This document shows positions 37,915 to 48,500 of a DNA stretch of 53,310 bases, piece after piece; the stretch's first letter is position 1, and the number at the start of each line of letters is the position of its first letter. The notes beneath the pieces are model-generated. The model did not search any database. It had not been told where the DNA came from and was given only the letters and a program-made list of their open reading frames with translations. The position numbers were made by a program, and so were the translations under genes. The stretch lies in assembly GCA_035276365.1 (NCBI GenBank), contig DATELS010000330.1, positions 1 to 53,310 of the forward strand, given 5' to 3'. This stretch comes from Thermoanaerobaculia bacterium (lineage in GTDB: Bacteria > Acidobacteriota > Thermoanaerobaculia > Gp7-AA8).

Positions 37915-38730
37915 TCAGCGCATCGCTTCGATGGCGTCCCACATCGCGGTGACCTCGGGCGGAAGCAGATCGCGGTCATTGCGTGCCGCCGCCCGCTGGT
38001 CGTGCTTCGACACCTCCACGCCCGGCGTTCCATCCGCCGACACCGTGACGGAGAGCCGGAAGCCGAAGCCGCCACCCACGGCCGCGCCACCCATGTCCGA
38101 GCACCAGCGACACGCGCCATCCGCTTCCGGTTCACTCGTGCCTCCGCCGAGGGACGTCGTGGGGCGGCCGCACTGCGGACAAATCATCATCCGCGTGGCT
38201 CGAATCGCTGCGTGGAGTGCACCACGCGCGGCGCTCAGCGTCTCGAGCGTCGCCGCATCAGCCCACGGCGGCAACGAGGAAATCACTGTCCAGAGAACGA
38301 GACCCACTTCGTACAGCAGATTTCCCGTCTGCACGCGACACGCCTCGCTCCAGATCGTGAAGTAGTTGTCGGCCCTGCGCGTACCAGGCGGCGTGTAGCA
38401 GAACACGCATGTTGCGTCATACCGGAGCGTCGAAGAGTCGCGACGGTCCAGATGAGAGACGAACTGCATGCGTGCGCGCCCGGTGAACGACTCGCTGGCG
38501 CTCCAGAACCGTTCGAGCTCGCGCTTCACCTTCTTCGTCGGCCAGCCGCCGGTGCGGTCGAAGACCTCGAGGAGCGCCGCGCTCGTGGTTTCGAGAAGGT
38601 CCGCCACCAGCGCCCGGTCCGCGACTCGCCATCCCTCGAGATACGAGCGGAGCGGCACAGCGCCGGGCGCGCTGCCGCACAACGGACAGCGGAAGTGAAA
38701 CATCCAGAGCTGCGCGCGTTCGCTGCTCAT
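37915..38730 (-). CDS. Hypothetical protein with three Cys pairs (zinc-ribbon-like)
   Basis: Contains FRCPLCGS, CVFC, and ICPQCG...ACRWCS. No family recognised. Confidence 0.5.
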   Translation of the reverse strand: MSSERAQLWMFHFRCPLCGSAPGAVPLRSYLEGWRVADRALVADLLETTSAALLEVFDRTGGWPTKKVKRELERFWSASESFTGRARMQFVSHLDRRDSSTLRYDATCVFCYTPPGTRRADNYFTIWSEACRVQTGNLLYEVGLVLWTVISSLPPWADAATLETLSAARGALHAAIRATRMMICPQCGRPTTSLGGGTSEPEADGACRWCSDMGGAAVGGGFGFRLSVTVSADGTPGVEVSKHDQRAAARNDRDLLPPEVTAMWDAIEAMR

Positions 38731-38791
38731 TGGTCTCAGTCTATCGAACTACTCGATGCGCCACGCGAACGGGCCGGGGTAATGTGTGGGG

Positions 38792-39461
38792 ATGCCACCC
38801 TTCGATGACGCCGCCCGACTCGCGCGCATGACGGAGTGGGCGAAGACGATTGCCTCCGAGGTTGCGGACGACCTGCAGCAACACCACATCTTCTGGCAGG
38901 TGCAGGACATCATCCGCGCCAACCCTCAGCTCACGAACGCACGCAGCCACTTCTTCCAATGGATGGGCGACGTCTTCGTCGCCTCGGCCGCCGTTGCCGT
39001 TCGCCGACAAACCGACAACTCAGACGACAGCGTTTGCCTGCGTCGTTTGTTGCGCGAAACCAAGGAGTATGTCCACATCGTCACGCGCGCGCACTACCTG
39101 TCGTTGTGCGGCGCTCCTGATGACGAGGTCGACTTCGACAACAGCTCGTTCGATCAGTGGGCAGGCGAAGGCGGTGATCATCTCGACCCGAACCTGGTGG
39201 ACGCCGATCTCCAGTCGCTGCTCGACGTCTCCGAGCGCATCCGCCACTACGCGAACAAGCGCGTCGCCCACTACGACCGTCGCGGCGTCACGCCCGGCAT
39301 GATGCCCACGTTCGACGCTTCTCGACGAAGCGTACAAAGTGATCGAGGCGCTCACGCAGAAGTACCACCTCATTTTCACGGGAGTGTGGATCGGGCAGCT
39401 GCGGCCGACGATCATCTATCCATGGACGGACGTGTTTCGGGTGCCGTGGATTCAGCAATGA
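38792..39461 (+). pseudogene. Hypothetical (possibly Abi/HEPN-like) gene interrupted by a single frameshift near 39313-39322
   Basis: The frame from ATG 38792 reads well up to ...HYANKRVAHYDRRGVTPGMMPTFDA, then becomes Arg/Ser/Ala-rich and runs antisense through the next gene. The +1 frame continues LLDEAYKVIEALTQKYHLIFTGVWIGQLRPTIIYPWTDVFRVPWIQQ*, ending at 39461. Confidence 0.5.
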
Positions 39462-39509
39462 AGTCGCGATTGCCGGAGCGAAGGCGCGCCCGAAGTCTTC
39501 GGCAGCAGA

Positions 39510-40355
39510 CTACTCCGCCGAACCGCGGGACCGTCGCTGCTTCAACTTCGAGATCGGAACAGAGACGAATGCCGAGTGGTGAACCATCGGCAGATGGAAC
39601 AACCCCCATCGCGGGAGGCCGTACTTCTTTTTCAGATACGTCAGCACGCCATGCTCATCGCGCCGGTCGATGTCGCAATCTGCAACGAACGCGATGCCAG
39701 CACTCTCGAGCGCGTAAGGGTCAACCACGCCGCCTTCGTCCGAATCGAACCAGCGAAACAGGGCTGTCTCGCGGAACTCGGCAAGCCGATCTGCGAACGG
39801 GTTGAGGAGCAGCGTAAACGTGCGGCCGGTGTCGAGAACCACAGCGCTCAGCTGCGGATACTTGAAGAAAACACTGCGGTGGAAGAAGTAGCACTGAACC
39901 GGAGCAGTCTCGCCGAGCCGTGGCATCCGGATCAGATTCGCGCTCCCGAACGCGGTATCGTGCACCTGCTTCATGAGCGTCGTGGCGTCGTTGAATTGCG
40001 GATCGATGTAGAACCAGATCAGCTTGAACGGATCGCCGGTCGCATCGATGGCGTCGAGTTGCTTGACCGCGTGCGCCATCGTCTTCTCCGTCGGTGCTGA
40101 GAAGCCCATCGGATGATGGAGCAGCTCGGTCTTGCCCTCCTTGCGAAGCGTCCGAGCGATGGACTCATCGCTGCGACGCCGCTTCACCTCGATCAGGTAC
40201 CGGTTGGCGTCGTCGGCAGCGAGCAGGTCACACGTCTTCCGTTCAGCCGTGCGCGCGAGCTTCTCCGCCCGAAACCCCATCTCGTCCAACCGACCGATGA
40301 CGTACTCCTCCTCGGCCGTGATCGCCGTGTCGATGACAGGGTCCTGGGAGGACAT
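39510..40355 (-). CDS. PD-(D/E)xK (restriction-endonuclease-fold)-like protein
   Basis: Start at MSSQDP. N-terminal EEEYVIGRLDEMGFRAEKL...TCDLLAADDANRYLIEVKRRR shows the E...D...E-V-K pattern. The C-terminal 180 aa are unassigned. Confidence 0.55.
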   Translation of the reverse strand: MSSQDPVIDTAITAEEEYVIGRLDEMGFRAEKLARTAERKTCDLLAADDANRYLIEVKRRRSDESIARTLRKEGKTELLHHPMGFSAPTEKTMAHAVKQLDAIDATGDPFKLIWFYIDPQFNDATTLMKQVHDTAFGSANLIRMPRLGETAPVQCYFFHRSVFFKYPQLSAVVLDTGRTFTLLLNPFADRLAEFRETALFRWFDSDEGGVVDPYALESAGIAFVADCDIDRRDEHGVLTYLKKKYGLPRWGLFHLPMVHHSAFVSVPISKLKQRRSRGSAE

Positions 40356-40434
40356 GACGTCGGATCCGAACAGCGTCTCACCGCTCGTTCTTTCTAGCGC
40401 GAGCCCACGCACGTACGTGACCTAGAATTCCTTC

Positions 40435-43400
40435 GTGAAGCGTCCCCGCTCCGGCGGCCCGGGCATGCACTACGGGCTGCTCTACCAGGTCTTCAGCAGT
40501 CTCGGCCGAGCGCTGACGGTATCGGTGCAGGAGGATCGTCGGACCGCCCAGTCGATCGTTCTGGTCGTCGAGCCTTCCGGTGGAGACCTCGTCGAGACTG
40601 GCCTAAAGCAGCGCGATGTCTATCAATACAAAGCGCGAAGCAGTCGGCGGCCTTGGTCTCTCAAGGACCTGATTGACAAAGTGTTGCCTGACCTCTACCG
40701 AGCCGTTCCTCCTGTGCCGGACCTCCCGACGCGGTACTGGCTCGTAACGGAAGGCGGCGCCGGTGAGTGGCAGGAAGCTCGTGCCCTGTTTGCGAAGCTC
40801 GCCACGATCCCGGCGGAACAGCTGCCTCGCGCGCTCGACGACGAGGCCAAACGAACGTATCTGCCGGGTCGCCGACATACAGAGCGCGAATTTTTTCTCG
40901 ACGTTGGGCGGCGCGTGACGAAGCGTAGTGGCGAGCTCGACGGCGAGACGTTGTCGCGAGTGCAGACGCTTCTCATCGACTTCGAGATCACAACGGTCGA
41001 CTTCCCCGCGGTTCAGGAGCAGGTCACGAACCTGCTCCTCGGCTTCGTTGAACATTACGAGAGCCTGCCGCACACCGTGGATGCCTTGGTCGGTCTACTG
41101 GTGCGTTGGGGTGCCGAGGGCAATCGGAGCTTCACCGTCGACGAGCTTCTTCGGTCCGCCGGCCTCGCACCGACCTCACTCTCTCTCCTGCCGCTGGCTC
41201 ACGACCGCCTCCGCGAACGCCTCGACTCACAGCTGGCCAAAACGACCTACGACCGCACGAAGCACGTTCACCGGCCGATCGCGTGGCCGGAAGGGAGAAG
41301 CGTCCTCTGCATCACCGGCGAAAGCGGCACGGGAAAGACCAGCCTCCTCGGGCAAGTAGCGGATGCGGGGGTCGAACACGGCCCGGTGGTGTTCTGGCGT
41401 CCACGTCGCAACGAGAAGGATGCTCTTCGCGGCGCAGCCGACGAGGTATGGCGTCAGATCCTCGGACACGACGCGAGCTTGCCGCTCGACGCGATCGCTC
41501 GCCGGGCCGACACACTCAAGCTCGGCGGGAGTGACTCTTGGCTGACCGTTTGTCTCGATGTGACTGCCGATCCCGCATACGCCGCAGAGCTCATCGGCGA
41601 AGACTGGAACAAGTGGCGGATTCGGATGGCGTTCACCGCCAACGCTTCGTCGGCCACGGTCTTGGCGGAGTCGAAGCATGGCAATGCCGTCGTTGTGACC
41701 GTGAATGAATTCACGCCACGGCAGATTCGCGAATTCTTCACGCGGCGTCAGATGGATTGGCGTCGCATTCCGCCGTTCGTGATCGAACCACTGCGTCGAC
41801 ATCCCATCCTCGCCTACGTGTACGCCGAGCTCGGGGATGGGGAGACGTGGCGCGATACGAACGAGTACGCACTCTTCCGACACTTCTGGCGGCGTCTCAC
41901 CGCTGCGCCCGGACAACATGAGTATCCGAACGATGCCGCTGCGTTGATCAGACTCGCCGACACGCTTCTGGAGGTGCCGGACAACACGCACTGGACAGCG
42001 ACGCAGATGGACGATCTTCGGATCGACGGCGCGACGAGAGTGCGATTGCAACGGCTCGGCTGGATTCGCAACGACGCGGACGGGCGTGCGGAATTCGTGC
42101 ATCAGCGATTGATGAACTGGGCGGTCGCCGAAGCAGCGATCGAGCGCTGTCGCGCAACGCGATGGAGCAGTCACGGGTTGGGCACGTACCTCGAGAAAAT
42201 TCTGTCTGGGAGCGATGACAATCACCGACGCTTCGGATTCGCGCCGATGGACGCGCTCTCCATTGCACTCTCGTCCGGGATGCAGGCAGGCGAAGTCGCG
42301 ACCGTTCTCGAGACGATGGAGAATCCGAGGTTTTACGAGAACCTCGTTCCTTCATTGGGTGCTGCGGTCGTCCCGGCGCTTCTCGAGCGCCTCAGGCGAG
42401 TCGGAAGCCGGCGTCGCTCGCCGAACAGTTACGTACGTGCCGCGATCCTCGCCATCGCCGCGCAGGAGTCGCTGCATTCGAGTGTCGTCGTTGAGATGCT
42501 CAATGATTCGCATACGAGTGTGCAACGCGCCGGTGCGGAGCTCTTGAAAGAACATCCTGCCGGAGAAGCACTCGATGCGCTCTGGCGCCTCCGTAACCAG
42601 CTGCGAACGACGGAGTCCGACGATCCGCTCATCAATCATCTCGATCTCGATGCTGTTGGAGACGCGCTCGAGGCGTGCGTTCGTGTGGATCCGCATTGGC
42701 TTGCCCGAACGGTTCGAGAGACGACGGAGCTCGAGAAGCTCGCTCGACTCGTGCGATTGCTCGCCACACTCGCGAACGAATCCGGCATGCAGATGTGGCA
42801 CGGATCGAAGGACGCGATTCTCGGGCTTGCGGATGATGATGCGATTGCCACCGCGGCCGCGCGCTGCATCGGGCGGTACCGGGACTCCCATGAGGTGCCG
42901 AGACTCGTCGCCTGGATCGCGGAACGATCTCGGGAGGTGGTGGAGGAGAGTTTCTCCGCTCTCGCGTTGGTCGAGCCCTCGAAGGCGCTCGAGCTGCTGC
43001 GGGACTCGCTACGCATTGCCGATGTGGCACATGTCTGGAGCGTGTGGTGGTCGCGCCTGTTTGTCTACGACCGATCTGCAATGAACGAGATCGTCATGCA
43101 GGCGTTGCGAGGGGGCGGTCTGCTGCGCAGGATCCGCATCGATGACATGGCGTGCAGCCGACTTGCGCCCGCCATCGTTGAGCGGCTGGATTATCTGGTC
43201 GAGACCGAGGGGGCAGACGAGGCCGAGGCGTTGCACAAAGAGATCGACCATTTGATGGGATTGCTCGCTCGAGCGCACACACCGGACGCGCTGCGTTTTC
43301 TCCGGGGTCTCGCCGCGACCGACGTCGGTCGACAGCTTGCCGCCTATGCTGCGAGACGTAGCGCCACGTCCAACATCCGGCCGGACAGCTTCCTCGAGCA

Positions 43401-44937
43401 TGCCGAGACAGTGCTGCTGAGGATCGGCGGTGAGCCGCTCCATACATTCCTTACGGCACAGATTGCGCGGCGGGATCATGGATGGTTCCCTGACAAGATC
43501 CGCGTGTTCCAGGCCGCGCCGTCAGCCGATGCACGTCGCATCATCGAGAACCTCCTCGAGGAGGTGTGGGACGCGAAGCGCGGCGAGGACGATGACTGGC
43601 CGGTCCGCTCGGCGTGCATCGAGACGCTCGCAGCGATGGGCGACCGCAGCGTCGTCATGCGCGCCGAGGAAAGTGGCCGCCTCTCTTACTCGGGTGACTT
43701 TCCGCGAGCCATACGGGATCTTCCGCCTGCAGACGATCGCGAGACGATGCGCCTTCTGCAGAAGGCAGCATCCGATGATGATGCGATACCCGCAATCCGC
43801 GCACTAGCATGGTCGCGGCGAACGGACGTCGTTGGACACCTTGTCGAGCAGGTAGTGTCTTCGCGTCCGGAAGAGGTCCGGAACGCAGCGCGCACTGCAT
43901 TGAAGTATCTGCCGACCGGCCCAATGGCGGCGAATCACCGTGAGCTACTCCGTGCGGCAGAAGAGCATTCAACGTACCTCGATGCACTCTTTCGGGATGG
44001 CGCACCGGAAGCGGTCGGCGACGCGGCGAACTATCTCGGTGCGATCGGAACGAAGAGTTGGACGTTCGACGACGCCCACTCCGCCGCATGGTTGGTCGTT
44101 TACCGCGAGCGTTTGGAGCTGGCTTCGCAGGTGTGGCAGTGGGCGAAGGGTCACACGCGTTTTTACTGGGAGAGCGACGACACGATCTGGCGAGCCCTCG
44201 GGTATGTGGAGAACGAAGATGCAGAAGAGTTCCTGCTCGCCGAGGCGTATAGCGGAAAACGTGGCGAGATCAATCCAGCAGCAATTGAAGCCCTCGCGCA
44301 TCGACAGCGCGATGAAGCATTCGCCGCGGCCATGCACTTGTTCGATGAGGGAAAGGGTGCGCGCGCATCCGCGCCCGACCTGCTCATGGAGATCGACAGC
44401 GCCCGAGCCGTAAAGGTGATCGCGGAACGTCTGCCCCGCGAGCGCAACGTTCTCATTCGCGCCAGTTCGTGTATCGCCTTGCGCGGAGTCGGCGATGACA
44501 TTCGGCGGATGGCGCATGACTGGATGAATCACGCTGATCCGTTCACGCGCGCGTCCGGATGCGAGTTGCTCGGATGGCTGCAGCCCGAGGATACGAGCCG
44601 ACTGCGCGACATAGCCCTCGCGGACATCGATCCGATGGTGCAGGTGTTCGCCTTGGATGCGTTCGCGCTCCACGAGTCGCAGCGCGTCACGGGCGAGCTC
44701 CTTGCGGAGCTGCGGAGCGCGGAAAGCACGACAGCTTGGGCAGTCACCGACGCTCTCATCACATCCGCGCACTGCTTTCTCCTCGATCGATTTGACGATC
44801 CGCTGGCGCTTTATCCGGCGCTGAAGGGAAAGCAAGGAGCTCTTCGTGTCAGCGCTGCAGAGCGGCTCAAGAAACGAGTCGAGGAAGTGCAGAAGAAGTA
44901 CGACGAGCCGATGCGTCGCGACTTCTATCGGCACTGA
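40435..44937 (+). CDS. Antiviral-STAND (Avs/NLR)-like protein: Cap4/DUF4297-like nuclease N-domain, P-loop NTPase, and a long HEAT-repeat C-terminus
   Basis: 1500 aa (alternative ATG at 40465). N-domain is GLLYQVF...VVEPSGGDLVE...DVYQYKARS. Walker A is ITGESGTGKTSLL. Multiple HEAT/PBS-lyase-like repeats are present (DSHTSVQRAGAELL, DPFTRASGCELLGWL, DPMVQVFALDAFA). Confidence 0.75.
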   Translation: MKRPRSGGPGMHYGLLYQVFSSLGRALTVSVQEDRRTAQSIVLVVEPSGGDLVETGLKQRDVYQYKARSSRRPWSLKDLIDKVLPDLYRAVPPVPDLPTRYWLVTEGGAGEWQEARALFAKLATIPAEQLPRALDDEAKRTYLPGRRHTEREFFLDVGRRVTKRSGELDGETLSRVQTLLIDFEITTVDFPAVQEQVTNLLLGFVEHYESLPHTVDALVGLLVRWGAEGNRSFTVDELLRSAGLAPTSLSLLPLAHDRLRERLDSQLAKTTYDRTKHVHRPIAWPEGRSVLCITGESGTGKTSLLGQVADAGVEHGPVVFWRPRRNEKDALRGAADEVWRQILGHDASLPLDAIARRADTLKLGGSDSWLTVCLDVTADPAYAAELIGEDWNKWRIRMAFTANASSATVLAESKHGNAVVVTVNEFTPRQIREFFTRRQMDWRRIPPFVIEPLRRHPILAYVYAELGDGETWRDTNEYALFRHFWRRLTAAPGQHEYPNDAAALIRLADTLLEVPDNTHWTATQMDDLRIDGATRVRLQRLGWIRNDADGRAEFVHQRLMNWAVAEAAIERCRATRWSSHGLGTYLEKILSGSDDNHRRFGFAPMDALSIALSSGMQAGEVATVLETMENPRFYENLVPSLGAAVVPALLERLRRVGSRRRSPNSYVRAAILAIAAQESLHSSVVVEMLNDSHTSVQRAGAELLKEHPAGEALDALWRLRNQLRTTESDDPLINHLDLDAVGDALEACVRVDPHWLARTVRETTELEKLARLVRLLATLANESGMQMWHGSKDAILGLADDDAIATAAARCIGRYRDSHEVPRLVAWIAERSREVVEESFSALALVEPSKALELLRDSLRIADVAHVWSVWWSRLFVYDRSAMNEIVMQALRGGGLLRRIRIDDMACSRLAPAIVERLDYLVETEGADEAEALHKEIDHLMGLLARAHTPDALRFLRGLAATDVGRQLAAYAARRSATSNIRPDSFLEHAETVLLRIGGEPLHTFLTAQIARRDHGWFPDKIRVFQAAPSADARRIIENLLEEVWDAKRGEDDDWPVRSACIETLAAMGDRSVVMRAEESGRLSYSGDFPRAIRDLPPADDRETMRLLQKAASDDDAIPAIRALAWSRRTDVVGHLVEQVVSSRPEEVRNAARTALKYLPTGPMAANHRELLRAAEEHSTYLDALFRDGAPEAVGDAANYLGAIGTKSWTFDDAHSAAWLVVYRERLELASQVWQWAKGHTRFYWESDDTIWRALGYVENEDAEEFLLAEAYSGKRGEINPAAIEALAHRQRDEAFAAAMHLFDEGKGARASAPDLLMEIDSARAVKVIAERLPRERNVLIRASSCIALRGVGDDIRRMAHDWMNHADPFTRASGCELLGWLQPEDTSRLRDIALADIDPMVQVFALDAFALHESQRVTGELLAELRSAESTTAWAVTDALITSAHCFLLDRFDDPLALYPALKGKQGALRVSAAERLKKRVEEVQKKYDEPMRRDFYRH

Positions 44938-44952
44938 GATACTGGAGAGCTG

Positions 44953-45540
44953 GTGAAGAAGCGCGCGGCCAGAGCGGACCCCGACCCACCCATAGGCGAG
45001 ACCGCAGTAGAGATTCTCGAACAGATCAGCCGCGCCTTCGGTGCACCACGGCTGACCGTGGAGCTTCTTCCCGCGACGACGTGGGGCTCGAACCTTCGGT
45101 CCGCCTTGCGCGTAAGCCACTGGGACAAGCTCCGCCGCGCCGCATATGCGGCTGCGAACTATCGCTGCGAAATCTGTGGCGGTGTTGGTCATCAGTATCG
45201 AGTCGCATGCCACGAGCGATGGGAGTTCGACGACGCGCAGAGCTACCAGCGGCTCGTCGGTCTCATCGCGGTCTGTCCCGAATGCCACGACGTGAAGCAC
45301 TTCGGCCGCGCAAACGAGAACGGCCGCGGGCCATACGCGAAGTTGCACCTCTGCGAAATCAACGACTGGTCGATCGCCGACGCTGATCGCTACCTGAAGC
45401 TCGCCTTCGCACTGTGGAAGCTACGCACGCGCAAAGAATGGCAGCTCGACCTGACGTGGCTCGAGCAGTTCGGGATTGTGCCGAAGGCGCAATCGATCAC
45501 CACTCCTCTTCGTCTTCGAAGTCCTCGTCTTCCGGCGTGA
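44953..45540 (+). CDS. Small HNH/treble-clef-like zinc-finger protein
   Basis: GTG start 5 nt after GGAGAG and 16 nt after the STAND stop. Contains YRCEICGG...VACHERWEFDD...IAVCPECHDVKHFG. Confidence 0.55.
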   Translation: MKKRAARADPDPPIGETAVEILEQISRAFGAPRLTVELLPATTWGSNLRSALRVSHWDKLRRAAYAAANYRCEICGGVGHQYRVACHERWEFDDAQSYQRLVGLIAVCPECHDVKHFGRANENGRGPYAKLHLCEINDWSIADADRYLKLAFALWKLRTRKEWQLDLTWLEQFGIVPKAQSITTPLRLRSPRLPA

Positions 45541-48500
45541 CATCGACCGTTCGCTTGATGCGTTGGATCTCAGCCGCGACGCTCTCATAAAAGTCTCGAG
45601 CCGGAGCCGAGATCGGTAACGCATCGCGCGCTGCGATTGCGCTCGTGAGGATCTGTCGCCGCAGGTCATCGGTCGTGGTCCGCGGCACGGCACATCTCAG
45701 CAGCGCATCGTGCATCGCATCGCGCAGCTCCGAATCAACTGCTGCCGCATCGGCGAGGAGCTGCGTGACGAACGCCGAGTCCTCCAGAATCAGGCGCCGG
45801 CACGCTTCGCCACGAACGCAGTTAGCGACGAACGTGACGGCCGAATCCGTTCGCTCCGCGCTCTTCCGCTTGAGGAATGCGACCGCTGCCGCATTCATCT
45901 TCCCTGATGCGAGTGTGAATAGCCGCGGCGCGTCGTACGCCATCCCGTTCGCGTACGCATCGGCGATCTTCGTGAGCAGCAATTCGTACTCCTCGGAGGT
46001 CGAAAGCGCTTCATCAATCACCACCTCCGGCGGATCCATCGGCAGAGCCGTGAAGCGCAGCATGCTCACGCGGTCCTCCCGCTGGATACGACGGAGCAGC
46101 AAGTCGATGATCGCAAGCGGGTCGCGGCGGCCGCACTCCTCGACGAAGTCGCCGAGATGAACGCCGTCGAGCTGCGGCACCGTTTCGAGCTTCGCAATGC
46201 AGCTTCGGAGCTCGTTGGCGGTCAACGCCGAAAACAGAGTCTGCTCCGGCTCGTCGAACATCTCCGCCATGCGTTCGACGTCCTTGTGATCGCCGCGCAA
46301 GTCGGTGCCCAGAAGAAGCGCAGCTGCAGTCCGTGGGTGGCGTTTCGCAAGGCGAGGTAGGCTACTCAGGCCGGCGACCGCTACTTCGCCGGCCATCGCG
46401 AAGAGGGCGGTGATGTTCTCGAGATCCCTCTCGTTCAGATCGTCTTCGCCGATCCACCATGCGTACGACGCAACCACCGTCGCCGCCATCTCACGCGCAT
46501 CGTTCCGCACGATCGTTGAGATCAGGACGTGGAACCGAAGCTCATCCGACGCGCGCAACGGCATCACGATCGAATTCGCGTAGCGTGCAAGCTCCGGCGC
46601 GTTCGCGGCCGTGAGCAGCTCCGCCATTTCAGCGGCGACCACGGGATTCGCGTTCGCAACGGCGGTGAGAAACGGCGCCGGATGTGGATGCAGATCGAGG
46701 ATTCGCAGCCCGCCGATGGTGTCGTCGAGGTGCCGAATGGCATCGCTGGCCTGAGTTGTCGCCGCAAACTCTTCAGCGGTTGCTCTGAGAAGACGCGCCG
46801 TCTCGTCTTGGTCGACCTCAACCGTGCGATGCGAGCCCAACGGGCTATTGATGAACCGCGCGACTCTGTCGATCAACGTCTCCGATAGCGAGGCGAGTAC
46901 CTGCTGCGCAGCCTCTCGCATGTCTTCGTCGCCGGTGTCCCGCTCCGCGTACCACTCAACAGTCTCGCGAATCTGAATGCCGATGACGGGATCGGCATTG
47001 CGCTCCGCAAGACGACGCAAGATGCTCATCGCTTCGAGGCGGTGCGGTTGCCATGCTGCGGCCTGTTCGTCCGTGACCAACAGGCCGCCGAGGCTGTGTG
47101 GCCGCTGCAACGCTTCGCCGAGCGCCTTCACCGCCGTCCCAACCACTTGTCGGTCGGAGTGATCCAGCGCTTTCACGACAATGGCTCTCGCTCTACTTCG
47201 CGTCCCTTTGAGGTATTCGGCGGGCACTAAGAACGATCGCGTGGTGATCGTCAGATCGTCAACAGTGTGGTCCATGCCGGTCTTCATGAACAGCGACTGC
47301 ACGACGCGAACGATGCTGATCCATTCCCCTGGTGTTTGTGTGATCTTCAACCACGTCTCGACACGGTTCATGAGCCGCCGATGAACCCACACAGGCTTCC
47401 GCAGACCGGGCGCCATGATCTCGCGCAGAACGCTGACGGGATCTTTGTCGTCACTGTTCTTCCGAGGCTTCGGAAGGCGCTCGTCGTTCGCCAGACGCCA
47501 GAGGAAGTCGCACGCCGCATCGAACGTCGACGGGTCGTACGCCGCGTATCGAACGACCTCGGGGAGGGCCGCGACGACGTCGCCGTGCGACGTCGTTACG
47601 AGCGCTGCATAGGGGCCGGTCTCTTCGGCCGCGGTCGGGAACTCGAGGGCGAGCTTCGCCAGCTCGAGCATCTTCCTCGGAAGGAAGTACCCCACTTCCT
47701 TCAAAGTGCCCAGCATCTGTCGTCGTTCGGAGTTCGGCGCGGCTTTGAACGTCGCGACGACTGAATCCCATACCGTTCCGAGTACGCGGAGCTCCTCGCC
47801 GGTCTTCCGGCCAACTCTCCAGTCGACCGCGGCCAGATTGCGAAGGAGAGCGTGATCGAGCGTGCCGACCGCGGCGACGATCTTCTCGACGAACGTGCTG
47901 CCGTTCACGCCCGGCCGCGTGCACGCTACGCCGAGGATGTAGTCGGAGAGCAAGTCGGGGACGATTCGGAGACCATCATGGCGCCGGGCGAGCACGCCGT
48001 GGCGATGGAGACGTTCGCACCACGATGCGGCGGCTTCTGCATCCATAGACGTCAGCGCCTGAACGGCTGCAATGAAGCGTTGAGACAACGGTTGGATCGG
48101 CGCGAGTGCCGCGATGATCTCCAGAAGTCCTCGCACCTCGGCCTCGTCAGACCCGGGCTTCGCGTTCTCCACGATCTCATCGAAGAATCGCGCGAGCGCG
48201 GTCTCGCGGAACAGCTCGTCGTTGGCCAGCAGCGACGGAGCGACACGATGCTCGCGCAGCAGGCGGCCTCCCACGATCGTGATGAGCGGACAGTCTCTCG
48301 TCGCTGCGGCAAGCTCGCGAGCGAGATGCCGGAACTCCGGCCCAAGCACTTCCGCTGCGAGCGCTTCCACTTCCGACAGCGTCATTTGCTCGAGCGGCTC
48401 GACGCTCGCCATCTCGCGCACGTCGATGTGGTGTCGTGAGGCGAGCGACGGCAGCTCATCGCGCAGCTGCGGGCGCGTCGCGAGAACGAGTTTTGTCCGT

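Noticed and set aside
39462-39805. 3' part of ORF 38786..39805
   Set aside because: It is Arg/Ser/Thr-rich junk antisense to the gene at 39510..40355. The sensible continuation is in the +1 frame ending at 39461, so this was reported as a frameshifted gene instead.
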